Shown here in pieces: positions 45,346 through 55,162 of a DNA stretch of 64,000 nt (the first letter of the stretch is position 1; each line of letters starts with the position of its first letter). The position numbers were made by a program, and so were the translations under genes. Under the pieces are notes generated by a model that had not been told where the DNA came from, did no database searches, and worked only from the letters and a program-made list of their open reading frames with translations. This stretch comes from a cyanobacterium endosymbiont of Rhopalodia gibba (GTDB lineage Bacteria > Cyanobacteriota > Cyanobacteriia > Cyanobacteriales > Microcystaceae). The stretch lies in the NCBI GenBank assembly GCA_045159875.1, contig CP067995.1:160001-224000 (forward strand), given 5' to 3'.

Positions 45346-46768
45346 TTTAATTATTTTTTGGCACCGTAAAGACTTACGAATCTCTGATAACATTGGCTTA
45401 TCCAAAGCCCGTCAGCAAAGCTCTAAGGTAATTGGAGTATTTTGTTTCGATACTAATATCTTAGAAGGGGATGATATTGCCCCTGTAAGGATAACTTATA
45501 TGATAGGTTGTCTAAAAGAATTAGAACAAAAATACCAAAAATTAGGTAGTAAACTACTATTTATTCAAGGACAACCCAGTCAAGTCATCCCTCATTTAGC
45601 AGAAAGTATTCAAGCTGAATCAGTATTCTGGAATTTGGATATTGAACCCTATAGCAGAAAACGAGATAAACAAGTTATTGAAGCTCTAGATGAAAAAGGA
45701 ATTAAATCTCAAAATTATTGGGATCAACTATTACATTCTCCTGAAGAAATAATGACTCAATCAGGATATCCTTATAAAGTTTATACTCCTTTTTGGAAAA
45801 AATTATCACAACAAAAAAAATCTTCTATTCCTGCTCCTTTGGATAGCTTGGAAGGATTAACTGAAATAGAACTAGAACAAGCAAAAAAAGTCGGCACAAT
45901 TGAGTTACCATCGGCGGCAGAACTAGGGTTCAACTGGAGTAATCGTTTAATTCTATCACCAGGAGAAACAGCAGCTAAAGAAAGATTAGAATTTTTTTCC
46001 AATTCCGTAATTAATTCTTATCAAGAAACTCGAAATTTTCCAGATATTGAAGGAACTTCTCAACTAAGTGCTGCCCTCAAATTTGGCGCAATTGGGATTA
46101 GAACTGTTTGGCAAGCAACAGTTAGTGTTTATGAAAATAGTTGTAGTGATGAAACGAGAGAAAATATTGAGACCTGGCAAAAAGAGTTGGCTTGGAGAGA
46201 ATTTTATCAACACTGTTTATACTTTTTCCCTGAATTAGTAGAAGGACCTTATCGAAAAGAATTTGAAGTATTTCCTTGGGATAATAATGAAGATAATTTT
46301 CAATCTTGGTGTAAAGGAAAAACAGGATATCCGATTGTAGATGCGGCAATGAGACAGTTAAATGAAACAGGATGGATGCACAACCGTTGCAGAATGATTG
46401 TGGCTAGTTTTTTGACTAAAGACTTAATTATTAATTGGCAATGGGGAGAAAAATACTTTATGCAAAAATTAATTGATGGTGACTTAGCTTCTAATAATGG
46501 GGGATGGCAATGGAGTGCATCGACTGGAATGGATCCCAAACCATTGCGAATTTTTAATCCTGCAAGTCAAGCACAAAAATATGATCCTAATGGAGAATAT
46601 ATTCGCCAATGGTTACCTGAATTAAACTCTCTTGATACGGAATGTTTAGTAACAGGAAAAATTTCTCCCCTGGATTGTTGTGGTTGTGGTTATCCTCAAC
46701 CAATTAAGAATCATGAACAACAACAAAGAGAATTTAAACAACGATATAAAAAAATTAAAAATTTTTAA
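45338..46768 (+). CDS. phrA: Deoxyribodipyrimidine photolyase (class I CPD type)
   Basis: 'WHRKDLRISDN', 'YKVYTPF', 'ELAWREFY', 'GWMHNRCRMIVASFL', 'NNGGWQW', 'RIFNP'. Confidence 0.95.
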   Translation: MANLIIFWHRKDLRISDNIGLSKARQQSSKVIGVFCFDTNILEGDDIAPVRITYMIGCLKELEQKYQKLGSKLLFIQGQPSQVIPHLAESIQAESVFWNLDIEPYSRKRDKQVIEALDEKGIKSQNYWDQLLHSPEEIMTQSGYPYKVYTPFWKKLSQQKKSSIPAPLDSLEGLTEIELEQAKKVGTIELPSAAELGFNWSNRLILSPGETAAKERLEFFSNSVINSYQETRNFPDIEGTSQLSAALKFGAIGIRTVWQATVSVYENSCSDETRENIETWQKELAWREFYQHCLYFFPELVEGPYRKEFEVFPWDNNEDNFQSWCKGKTGYPIVDAAMRQLNETGWMHNRCRMIVASFLTKDLIINWQWGEKYFMQKLIDGDLASNNGGWQWSASTGMDPKPLRIFNPASQAQKYDPNGEYIRQWLPELNSLDTECLVTGKISPLDCCGCGYPQPIKNHEQQQREFKQRYKKIKNF

Positions 46769-46771
46769 TTT

Positions 46772-46810
46772 GTGATACTTATTTGGATAAGTTATCCAAA
46801 TAAGTATCAC
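46772..46810. terminator. Perfect 19-bp palindrome immediately after the photolyase stop
   Basis: gtgatacttatttggataa-g-ttatccaaataagtatcac. Confidence 0.65.
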
Positions 46811-47199
46811 GAGACATTTCTACAACAAAAAAAAAGTGGCTAATGAATTGTATTTAAGTCAATTCTATCGATAATCTCAATTTCAAATTGAGAACGCAAA
46901 CGTAAAGCGATCCAACCACTCAAATTTTTTCTTAGCCCATCGATACACCTTTCAAGGAGTTTTTGGGAACCATCAAACTCTTTGAGTATTTGAAATTTTT
47001 CCAAATAGAACTTATTATCTCCTGAAATTTTATAAATAGCGAGATCTGTTGCTTTATCAAAATTAATAGCTAATATTCTCGTCTGAATAAAACTTTGAGA
47101 TTAATCGGTTATAAGATTAAAGTTTTATCTTATTATTGAGCTCATTAGTAGTTAATTGATCGCTCTTCTGAATATTTATTAAAAAGAATGAGAAACATT

Positions 47200-47690
47200 T
47201 ACCCATCTGAGAATTGGACATTTACAAATTACATCGGTATTGTCTAGGATAGATAAAATGCTAGCTAGATATAAAACTAACTTAAAATTACTCGATAATA
47301 AGTAAATGTTTTTATCAACAAGAAGACTTAAATTTAATCTTAAAGTATTTAGATTAAATAATGTCAAAATCCACCATTGAAGGATGTCATTCTCTTCTTA
47401 CTTTAACTAGTGCTGTTGCTAAAATACAAGTACCTCTTAAAGAAGGTAAGCGTCCTCAATTTGAATTTTAATTGGGGGGATTAAAGAAAGCATTTTAGTT
47501 TGTTCAATAAGTTGGACGAATCTTAATCATAAGATTAATAGTATTAACGAAGGAAAAATATTAATTTTAAAACGCAAAGCAGAACAATATTTGATTAAAT
47601 CAGGTATTAGTTATGCAATTAACCGTGCAGGAGTCTTATTTGATAAGCTAGGTATAAACCGAAAATTATTAGTTAGTCACAATGATTAAT
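47200..47690 (+). pseudogene. Atypical SDR / NAD(P)H-binding protein pseudogene
   Basis: 'GCHSLLTLTSAVAKIQVPLKEGKRPQFEF' and 'KRKAEQYLIKSGISYAINRAGVLFDKLGINRKLLVSHND' match the family pattern 'LVILTSAVPKM...WKRKAEQYLIDSGI.YTIIRAGGL'. Confidence 0.8.
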
Positions 47691-47776
47691 TATAAATTTA
47701 ACTAATTAATAATATTTAAACTTTTATATTTGTTCAAACTATAGAAGGATTATAAAATCCTAGCTTACTAGTGATT

Positions 47777-48637
47777 TTAATTAAGCTGGGAATGGCAGAA
47801 ATTTTCGATCAGCTCAATTTCATAAAGAACCCCACTAAACCACTTTTTAAAAATTTTGCTCAAGTTACTATCTGTAATCACTGAGTTAACAAACTTTTGC
47901 CACTGAGAGTCGTTATTCGGCAGTATTAGTCCATATTTTTTACAATTAAAAGGCATTTTGGGGACCAGAATATACTCTTTTCCTAGATTTAATTCTTGTA
48001 AAATAACTTCACCGATTAACAGAATGCTATCACTAGCAAAAGCATCAATTTTTTCTCCTTGTAAAGCTTGTATACCTCGAAATCTTCCTGTAATTCCTTG
48101 AAATTTTATAATATTAGCTGCTGGATACTTTGCTTCTATTAACTGTTGACTACCTGTATTATCAAGAACTCCAATATTAACTCCTACTAAGTTACCATTT
48201 AAATTAATATCATTCTGTTTTTTTTTATTGATTAGGAGTTGAGTCCCTGTTGAGAGAAAAGGATTAGAGAATATAACATTTAATCCATAAATTTCACGAA
48301 TTACATTTGGTCCACACTCTAAATGAATTATGCCATCACTAACTAGTTCAAATCGATTTAAAAAAGTTGACTTATATAATCTCACTAAGATAACTTCTTT
48401 ATTTAATTTGTCTTTTAACTTTTCTCTCAAAATATAGATAAAATCTAAACAAACTCCAGCGAGATTATTATTTAAATATCTATAACCGAAAGGAACTGCG
48501 TCTTCCCTTATTCCAATTTTAAGTAACCCTGTACGAACAATTTCGTTCAAAATGGATTTAGATTGTGCTTTTACTGGTGTTGAAAAAGATAAAAGTAAGG
48601 TTAAGGTACTCAGAAATATCAAGCTTTTTGAATTCAT
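47777..48637 (-). CDS. Polar amino acid ABC transporter substrate-binding protein (SBP family 3)
   Basis: Signal peptide; 'LKIGIREDAVPFGY', 'NRFELV', 'IDAFASDSILL', 'YGLILP'. Confidence 0.88.
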   Translation of the reverse strand: MNSKSLIFLSTLTLLLSFSTPVKAQSKSILNEIVRTGLLKIGIREDAVPFGYRYLNNNLAGVCLDFIYILREKLKDKLNKEVILVRLYKSTFLNRFELVSDGIIHLECGPNVIREIYGLNVIFSNPFLSTGTQLLINKKKQNDINLNGNLVGVNIGVLDNTGSQQLIEAKYPAANIIKFQGITGRFRGIQALQGEKIDAFASDSILLIGEVILQELNLGKEYILVPKMPFNCKKYGLILPNNDSQWQKFVNSVITDSNLSKIFKKWFSGVLYEIELIENFCHSQLN

Positions 48638-48673
48638 TTTTTTATTCTACTAGAGAAACAACTGAAAAATTTC

Positions 48674-49711
48674 TTATATCCAAGAATCTAAAATATCTTT
48701 AAATAAAATTTCATCAATCCAGGTTTTAGCAACAACAGTTAAGGGAAGAGCTAATAACAATCCTAATAAGCCAAAAGATTGAGCAAAGAAAATCTGTGCC
48801 ATTAAAGTAACAGCAGGTAATAGAGAAACTTGTTTAGCCATAATCGTTGGTGTTAGCCAGTAACTTTCAATGTTTTGAATGATAAAATACCAGATTAAAA
48901 TTGCCCAAATTTTCCAAGGATCGTCTAAGAGAGCAACCATAACAGGGAAAATAACGCTAGAAGCCGGCCCAATATTGGGGATAAAATTAAGTAGTCCAGC
49001 CAACAATGCATGGACTAATACTAGCTTAACCTGTAAAACTAATAAACCAACTCCACTCAAAATACCAATGAATAGACAATTAATAGTAATGCCCATTAGC
49101 CAATTCCCTAGAGCAATCTCTGATAGATTTAAAATTTCATCAACTCGACGACGATAAAAAGATGGGGAAATTTTTAACAAAAAACTTCGATATTCTTGAG
49201 GATTGATTGTTATCATGATTGTTAATACTAAGACAAAAAATAATTGAAAAATAGCCGCTACTGAGTTGGAAAAAAAAGCAAAAAAATTGCTGAATATCTT
49301 GGTAAATAAAGGTTGTAATTGCTCAATAAAATCTATCAGAGAAGAAGGAGGGAGAAGCCAATCTAACCGAAACTGTTTTTGTCCTAATAAAATTAAATTT
49401 TCTCGAAGTTTTTCCCAAACTATGGGGCTCAATTCTAGAAATTTATCAAATTGTCCAATGAAAGGTGGAACAATTAACAAAAAAAATAGACTAGTCAATA
49501 AAGAAATGACTAAAAGGATAATCACAACAGCCATATTTCGTTCGATAACCATTCTTTTAACCTGGAATTGTCTTAACCATTTAACGAGTCGGTTAAGCGC
49601 AGTAGCAAATACAACTGCTGTAAATACTAATAATAAAAGTTGACGGATTTCCCAGAGAATATAACCGGAAATTACTAAGCTAGAGAGTCCAAGCCACTGA
49701 CCAAGTTTCAC
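48674..49711 (-). CDS. AI-2E family transporter
   Basis: 'AGLLNFIPNIGP', 'IQNIESYWLTP', 'GLLGLLLALPL'. Confidence 0.92.
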   Translation of the reverse strand: MKLGQWLGLSSLVISGYILWEIRQLLLLVFTAVVFATALNRLVKWLRQFQVKRMVIERNMAVVIILLVISLLTSLFFLLIVPPFIGQFDKFLELSPIVWEKLRENLILLGQKQFRLDWLLPPSSLIDFIEQLQPLFTKIFSNFFAFFSNSVAAIFQLFFVLVLTIMITINPQEYRSFLLKISPSFYRRRVDEILNLSEIALGNWLMGITINCLFIGILSGVGLLVLQVKLVLVHALLAGLLNFIPNIGPASSVIFPVMVALLDDPWKIWAILIWYFIIQNIESYWLTPTIMAKQVSLLPAVTLMAQIFFAQSFGLLGLLLALPLTVVAKTWIDEILFKDILDSWI

Positions 49712-50354
49712 GAGTTTATTAGACTAATAGATCTACATTATTGATTATTTTAATCATAAAATTCAACCAAAATTTGAGCAATGCCAAAAATCTAGTCATG
49801 TAGGCAATAACCATAAAACTTATCTTGGATTAAAAATGAAAATAGAGAATTTTTGATTTAACATCAATTTTTTTACGAGTAATTTATTCCTTAATTTTAT
49901 CCAGAATTATTTTACAAAATTTAATATAACTTTATATTTCTTTTTTTAAAAAAAGAAATATAAAAAATAAATTCTGCTTAAAATTAGTTAATCTAAATCG
50001 AAGTTAATAATTACAATAAGAGACGAAAAATACTGAAGATATTCTTGGTTTATATAGGTTTATTTTTCTGTATATAAAAACTAATTAAAGCGATTTTTTA
50101 AAAAACTCTGATATCTAAACTATACCAACAATTAGCTCAGGGACTATAAAATATAAGAAATTACCATTATCAGCAAGTTCTTAACGATTTAACTCAAGTA
50201 ACTAATTTAGAGCTTACTTTAGGAGTAAGTGAACTAAAATAATCGATGTTTAGCTAACATTAAATTAAACTAATATCAGGCGGTTAAACTTTATTTAATC
50301 TTGTTATTTAATCTTTTTTTGACGAAAAAAAACTTATATAAATTGAAAAATTAA

Positions 50355-50750
50355 TGAATATAGAACAGGTAATTATGATGAAGCACTAGCTCAGTATCAA
50401 GAATTTATTCAACGAGATAAAGATAATTATCGACCTTATTTTCAATGAAAGACGGTTTTTTTGGCTGAAAAATATAGATGTTCTTTCATAGATTATGAAA
50501 AGGCTTTACAAGAAGATTATTGACAATCTAGTACAGAAAAAGCGAGCATTCATCATGATCGTGCCTTAGTTCGTGTAAAATTAAATAATATTGAAGACAT
50601 AGCTAATGATTTAACCCAGTCTATCGTTTCAGACAAGGTTAATGAAATAAGCTATTGTAATGGTGGTTGTCCCTATCCTAAAAATGGGAATTATCAAGCT
50701 GCCCTTAACTATTTCACCGAAGTAAGAAATAATTAGTTTAGATCCCAGTT
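50355..50750 (+). pseudogene. TPR-repeat protein pseudogene
   Basis: 'NYDEALAQYQEFIQRDKDNYRPYFQ*', 'IHHDRALVRVKLNNIEDIANDLTQSI', 'SYCNGGCPYPKNGNYQAALNYFTEV'. Confidence 0.75.
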
Positions 50751-50982
50751 AACCCTATGCCTAGTCTTAATCGGAGAAAAGTTTACTAGAAACTCGGACT
50801 GATACAAACTACTTTCTACAATTTACGAGCCGTCTTTAGTCGGTTGAAAAGGCGACATGAAGTAGTGACCTATCGTCCAACTTTAGTCTCAATCCATTAA
50901 TTGTAAGAAATTTTTTGTGAACTACTCCTAAACCCAGAACTTTTATCCAAATAAGGAGTTTGCTATAGTTTGAACAGCATAA

Positions 50983-51459
50983 ATGACTAAGGAGAAAACT
51001 GCCATGAAAAAAATATTACTATTACTTGCTGTATCTTTGGGCATCTTAGGAACACCAGTAAAAATCTTAGCCCATGCAATGCAGACTAATTATGTGTTTT
51101 TAGAAGAATTAGAATTTCAGTCATTTTATAGTGATGGAGAACCGGCCAAAAATGCTAAGGTTTTAGTTTATGCCCCGAATAATCCCAATAAACCTTGGAT
51201 AGTGGGGAAAACTGATGAACAGGGCCGCTTTTCCTTCCTACCCGACAATTCTATTCCTGGCAACTGGGAAGTGGAATTTGAGCAGGAAGGCCACGGAGAT
51301 ATTTTAACAGTTCCAGTCAGCGAAAAAGGAGTCGATCCTGACAAGATTAGTCAGTCCGAAAAAAAGGATACTCACTATAGTTCTTTCAATCCTTGGGAGT
51401 CTCTTTTGATTACTACTGGGGTTGGAGCTGTTTGTTTTTTTTCTCGGAGAAAATGTTAA
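50983..51459 (+). CDS. Secreted/anchored protein with carboxypeptidase-regulatory-like (transthyretin-like) fold, similar to Ni/Co-uptake accessory proteins
   Basis: Signal peptide ending 'ILAH', 'YSDGEPAKNAKVLVY', 'GKTDEQGRFSF', 'GHG', C-terminal hydrophobic tail followed by 'RRK'. Confidence 0.7.
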   Translation: MTKEKTAMKKILLLLAVSLGILGTPVKILAHAMQTNYVFLEELEFQSFYSDGEPAKNAKVLVYAPNNPNKPWIVGKTDEQGRFSFLPDNSIPGNWEVEFEQEGHGDILTVPVSEKGVDPDKISQSEKKDTHYSSFNPWESLLITTGVGAVCFFSRRKC

Positions 51460-51583
51460 ACTTTGCTATATTTTAATTGTTGAGGCGGCACTAGCTACCC
51501 TTGATCATTATCAAAAGAGATAACCCAGCCATTTACTTATGATAGGAACATAACCAACCGTCATCCTATACATTTTAGTCGAG

Positions 51584-52951
51584 TTAATTAACTTCTACAT
51601 GCTGGGCTGCTTCTGTTTTATAAACAATCGTCTCATGATCATCCTCGAGCCTGATTTCAGGATTTTTTCCTGGTGTGGTGATTAAACGCGCACCCTTGCT
51701 ATCGGTGAAATAACTCCACGCCCACTGAATCATGACAATTAATTTATTGTCAAATTCAAGTAGGTAGAATACATGGATAAATACCCAGACAAACCAAGCG
51801 AGAAAACCAGATAATTTCAACCAACCCATATCAACAACAGCCTGGTGTTTTCCAATCACTGCTAAGCTTCCCCAGTCAGTATATTTGAAAGGAGATAAAG
51901 GACGGCTTTGGAGCCCATTGCGGATAAGACGCGCTACATATTCTCCCTCTTGCATGGCAACGGGAGCGATACCAGGTAAAATTCCGCCTTTTCCATCAGG
52001 ATAACGAGCCAAATCTCCAATTACAAAGATATTGGGATACTTGGATAAGTTGAAGTTAGGTTCAACTATAACCCGTCCGGCTTCATCTAGTTGAGCCTCA
52101 GCACAATTAGCTAAGGTCTTGCCCATAGCGGACGCTTTCATCCCTGCTGTCCACAGAACTGTGCGAGTGCGAATTTGCTCGATGGTTTCGCCCTGACTGT
52201 AAGTGACCAGCTGACCCTTAATGTCAATGACTCTTGCACCAGTTTTGATTGTTACCCCTAACCGTTCTAAGGATTTCTGAGCTTTAAGGGAGAGATGAGG
52301 AGGATAGGTAGGTAGAATATACTGAGGACTTTGTAAGAGTACGATTTCAGATTGGGAAGTATCAATGTTGCGGAAATCCTTTTTTAGTGTTCCATGAGCT
52401 AGTTCGGCTAAGGATCCTGCCAATTCTACTCCAGCCGGACCACCACCTACTAAGACAAAAGTTAACCAGTCTTTTCTTCTTTCAGGGTTAGGTTCTTTTT
52501 CAGCTGACTCAAAGGCGATAAATATCCGCTGACGAATTTCTAGGGCATTTTCAATAGTTTTCAGTCCAGGAGCTTTTTCTTCCCAGTCATTGCCAAAGTA
52601 TTGATGGGTTACTCCTGTAGCCACAATCAGAGAATCATATTCAATTTCTCGGTAACGGAGTTTCACCGTTTGCCTTTCTGCATCAATACCGAATACCTCT
52701 CCCATTAGTACTTCTGTATTTTTGCTCTTACTCAACAAAGCCCGTAAAGGAGAAGAAATATCAGCCGGAGATAATCCTCCCGTAGCTACTTGATACAGTA
52801 ACGGTTGAAAAACGTGAAAGTTCCGTTTATCAATCAGGGTGACTTTGACGGAGGCTTTGGCAAGTTTTTGAGCAGCATAGAGTCCACCAAAACCACCACC
52901 AATAATCACAACATGATGAAGGTCAGTTTTATTTGTTTGTTGATTAACCAT
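51584..52951 (-). CDS. ndh: Type II NAD(P)H:quinone oxidoreductase (NDH-2)
   Basis: 'VVIIGGGFGG', 'FQPLLYQVATG', second dinucleotide motif 'VGGGPAGVELAG', 'FVIGD', 'APVAMQEG'. Confidence 0.95.
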   Translation of the reverse strand: MVNQQTNKTDLHHVVIIGGGFGGLYAAQKLAKASVKVTLIDKRNFHVFQPLLYQVATGGLSPADISSPLRALLSKSKNTEVLMGEVFGIDAERQTVKLRYREIEYDSLIVATGVTHQYFGNDWEEKAPGLKTIENALEIRQRIFIAFESAEKEPNPERRKDWLTFVLVGGGPAGVELAGSLAELAHGTLKKDFRNIDTSQSEIVLLQSPQYILPTYPPHLSLKAQKSLERLGVTIKTGARVIDIKGQLVTYSQGETIEQIRTRTVLWTAGMKASAMGKTLANCAEAQLDEAGRVIVEPNFNLSKYPNIFVIGDLARYPDGKGGILPGIAPVAMQEGEYVARLIRNGLQSRPLSPFKYTDWGSLAVIGKHQAVVDMGWLKLSGFLAWFVWVFIHVFYLLEFDNKLIVMIQWAWSYFTDSKGARLITTPGKNPEIRLEDDHETIVYKTEAAQHVEVN

Positions 52952-53952
52952 AAGTTCTTGTCTCTCTAGTTGGGTTAGTCTGGAAAAATTTTAGAAATAC
53001 TGATACTTAAACAAAACCGACACGTCTTTGAACAATCTTGATTTAAGATGTATTGGAGATTAAGAAGTCTATTGAAGTGACTTTTTGGAGTGTTGCTTAA
53101 TGCTAGGTTTGTAGCCAGCTCTAACATAATAGCTTAATTGATTTTTTAATAACTTAAAGTATATGTTAATACTATTTAATTCTTAGAAGACTGAATTGAT
53201 TCCCAAATATTTTGATTTATTTGCAGCAAAATGTCAACAAATCTTAATATTCAAGATATAAACTAGATAATGTTGAATTAAAATGTTTGGATAACTTGGG
53301 TAATTATTTATCGATTAAGTCGATTTACTTTGTGATAAGTATCAGCAAAATTTAAACTAAAATACTCGAAGTCTAAGTTAATTTATCAATTTTAGCTAGT
53401 AATTCTTTTTTGTAGATTTACGTTTTACTAACAGAAGTTAAGTTGATGCAAATTTAATTGCATAGTTCTTTACTAGTCTTTGTCAAGTTATACTGAATAA
53501 AAATTAAAAAGTTAATTAATAAATCATATTAAATCAAAAGATAATTAGAGCTTTGGGGTAAGAAAAATCACTCTATATTTAGAGGATTTAGACTAAGATT
53601 TAGTTCCTTTATCTATCTTAATAACTAGTCATTATTGAACAGATTTGAGTTATTAAAAATATAGAGTAAATAACTACATTATCTTTCTTAGAAAGTGCAT
53701 ATTTAACGTAATTTGTCAATAAATAACTTCTGTTAGTAAAACTAACGTAAAAAAAATATTTTAAATGATTAAAATACAAAATTTTGGCTGTACTTTAAGC
53801 AAATTTAAACAATTCCCAAAAAAACAACCAGTGTACTACTTTCTCATATATTAAGAAGTCATAAAAAATACAAATATTTTTTGATAAATCTCATATACTT
53901 CGTTATTGAACCACTTAAGAAATGTACTGACAGGTGAAGAGCTACCAAGAGA

Positions 53953-54459
53953 GTGTTTATGTTTAACTATCTTCCACCTTTAAATGACCATAATTTACCC
54001 TATCCTGATACCATTCATCCCATCGTTGTACATTTTGTTATTGCAATGGTTTTGTTTGCTTTTTTATGCGATGTAATTGGTTACTTCACTCATAATCCTC
54101 GTTTATACGAGGTAAGTTGGTGGAATATGTTAATTGCTACCGCTTCTATTTTTATAGCCATTATTTTCGGTCAATATGAGGCTGGTTTAGCCCAACCTTA
54201 TGAAGCAGTAAAACCTGTATTACATCTTCATACATTGATTGGTTGGTCATTATCAGGAATTATTGCGGTCATTACAGGGTGGCGTTATGTAATTCGCTTA
54301 AAAACCCCTGAAAAGCTGCCGGTTCCCTATCTAGGATTGGTATTAGTTTTAGTGGCAATTGTTGGTATTCAAGTGTATCTCGGAGACGAACTAGTGTGGG
54401 TGTATGGACTCCATACCGTCCCTGTCGTTGAAGCCATTAAGGAAGGAGTTTTACAATAA
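53953..54459 (+). CDS. DUF2231 membrane protein
   Basis: 'IHPIVVHFVIAM' signature, about 4 TM helices, further His in 'LHLHTL' and 'GLH'. Likely ATG start at 53959. Confidence 0.85.
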   Translation: MFMFNYLPPLNDHNLPYPDTIHPIVVHFVIAMVLFAFLCDVIGYFTHNPRLYEVSWWNMLIATASIFIAIIFGQYEAGLAQPYEAVKPVLHLHTLIGWSLSGIIAVITGWRYVIRLKTPEKLPVPYLGLVLVLVAIVGIQVYLGDELVWVYGLHTVPVVEAIKEGVLQ

Positions 54460-55100
54460 TGAATTCTGAAGTAATTGATACATTGATAGCTGATTTGGGA
54501 GCAAATGGACTTCCTTACTCAGTCCCTATTCATCCTAATCTAGTTCATTTGACTATAGGATTGTTTATAATTGCCATTATTTTTGATACCCTAGGGGCAA
54601 TGTTTGGGTTCCAAAAACCTGTGTTTAGATTCCTTGCCATTCCCGCTACTCGTAGCAATTTCTTCGATGTCGGTTGGTATAATCTGTTAGCAGCTTCGAT
54701 TATCACTGTTTTTACTGTAGCAGCCGGATTTTACGAGATGATGTTAGCCAACCCCATCACTGATGTTGAAAGTGCTTGGGGACTTGGGGCAATGGACACC
54801 ATGTTGTGGCACGGGGTAGGGGGAGTATTTCTTCTTGCTTTCATGATTGGAATGACTATCTGGAGAGGATTACAACGGTTTCTCTGGCGTAAAGAAAGAA
54901 CCATTCAAGTGCAGTGGGTTTATTTAGGGGTAGGTGTTTTTATGTTATTTCTGCTATTCCTTCATGGAACCTTAGGGGCACAAATGGCTGCAGAATTTGG
55001 AGTACACAATACAGCTGATCAATTGTTAAAATCAGGACAAGAATCTCAGGTATTAACCTCAGAAGTCAACTTCACCAAAGGTTATCAGTCAAAATTATGA
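54459..55100 (+). CDS. DUF2231 membrane protein (second paralog)
   Basis: 'IHPNLVHLTIGL', 'LWHGVGG', 'HGTLGAQM...GVH'; translationally coupled to the upstream gene (TAATG overlap at 54457-54461). Confidence 0.85.
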   Translation: MNSEVIDTLIADLGANGLPYSVPIHPNLVHLTIGLFIIAIIFDTLGAMFGFQKPVFRFLAIPATRSNFFDVGWYNLLAASIITVFTVAAGFYEMMLANPITDVESAWGLGAMDTMLWHGVGGVFLLAFMIGMTIWRGLQRFLWRKERTIQVQWVYLGVGVFMLFLLFLHGTLGAQMAAEFGVHNTADQLLKSGQESQVLTSEVNFTKGYQSKL

Positions 55101-55162
55101 CGTTTTTGAGTCAAACTCCTATTGATTAAGGATTACTGTTGTTTTTCTGGTATTTATTAATT

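Noticed and set aside
50800..50980. Possible cobalamin riboswitch or IS end upstream of the metal-accessory gene
   Set aside because: No B12-box or GGGAA/CTGT core; the hairpin is too degenerate.
52952..53952. NtcA/FNR-like sites in the ndh / DUF2231 divergent spacer
   Set aside because: No convincing GTA-N8-TAC or TTGAT-N4-ATCAA match found by eye; the AT-rich background makes partial matches uninformative.
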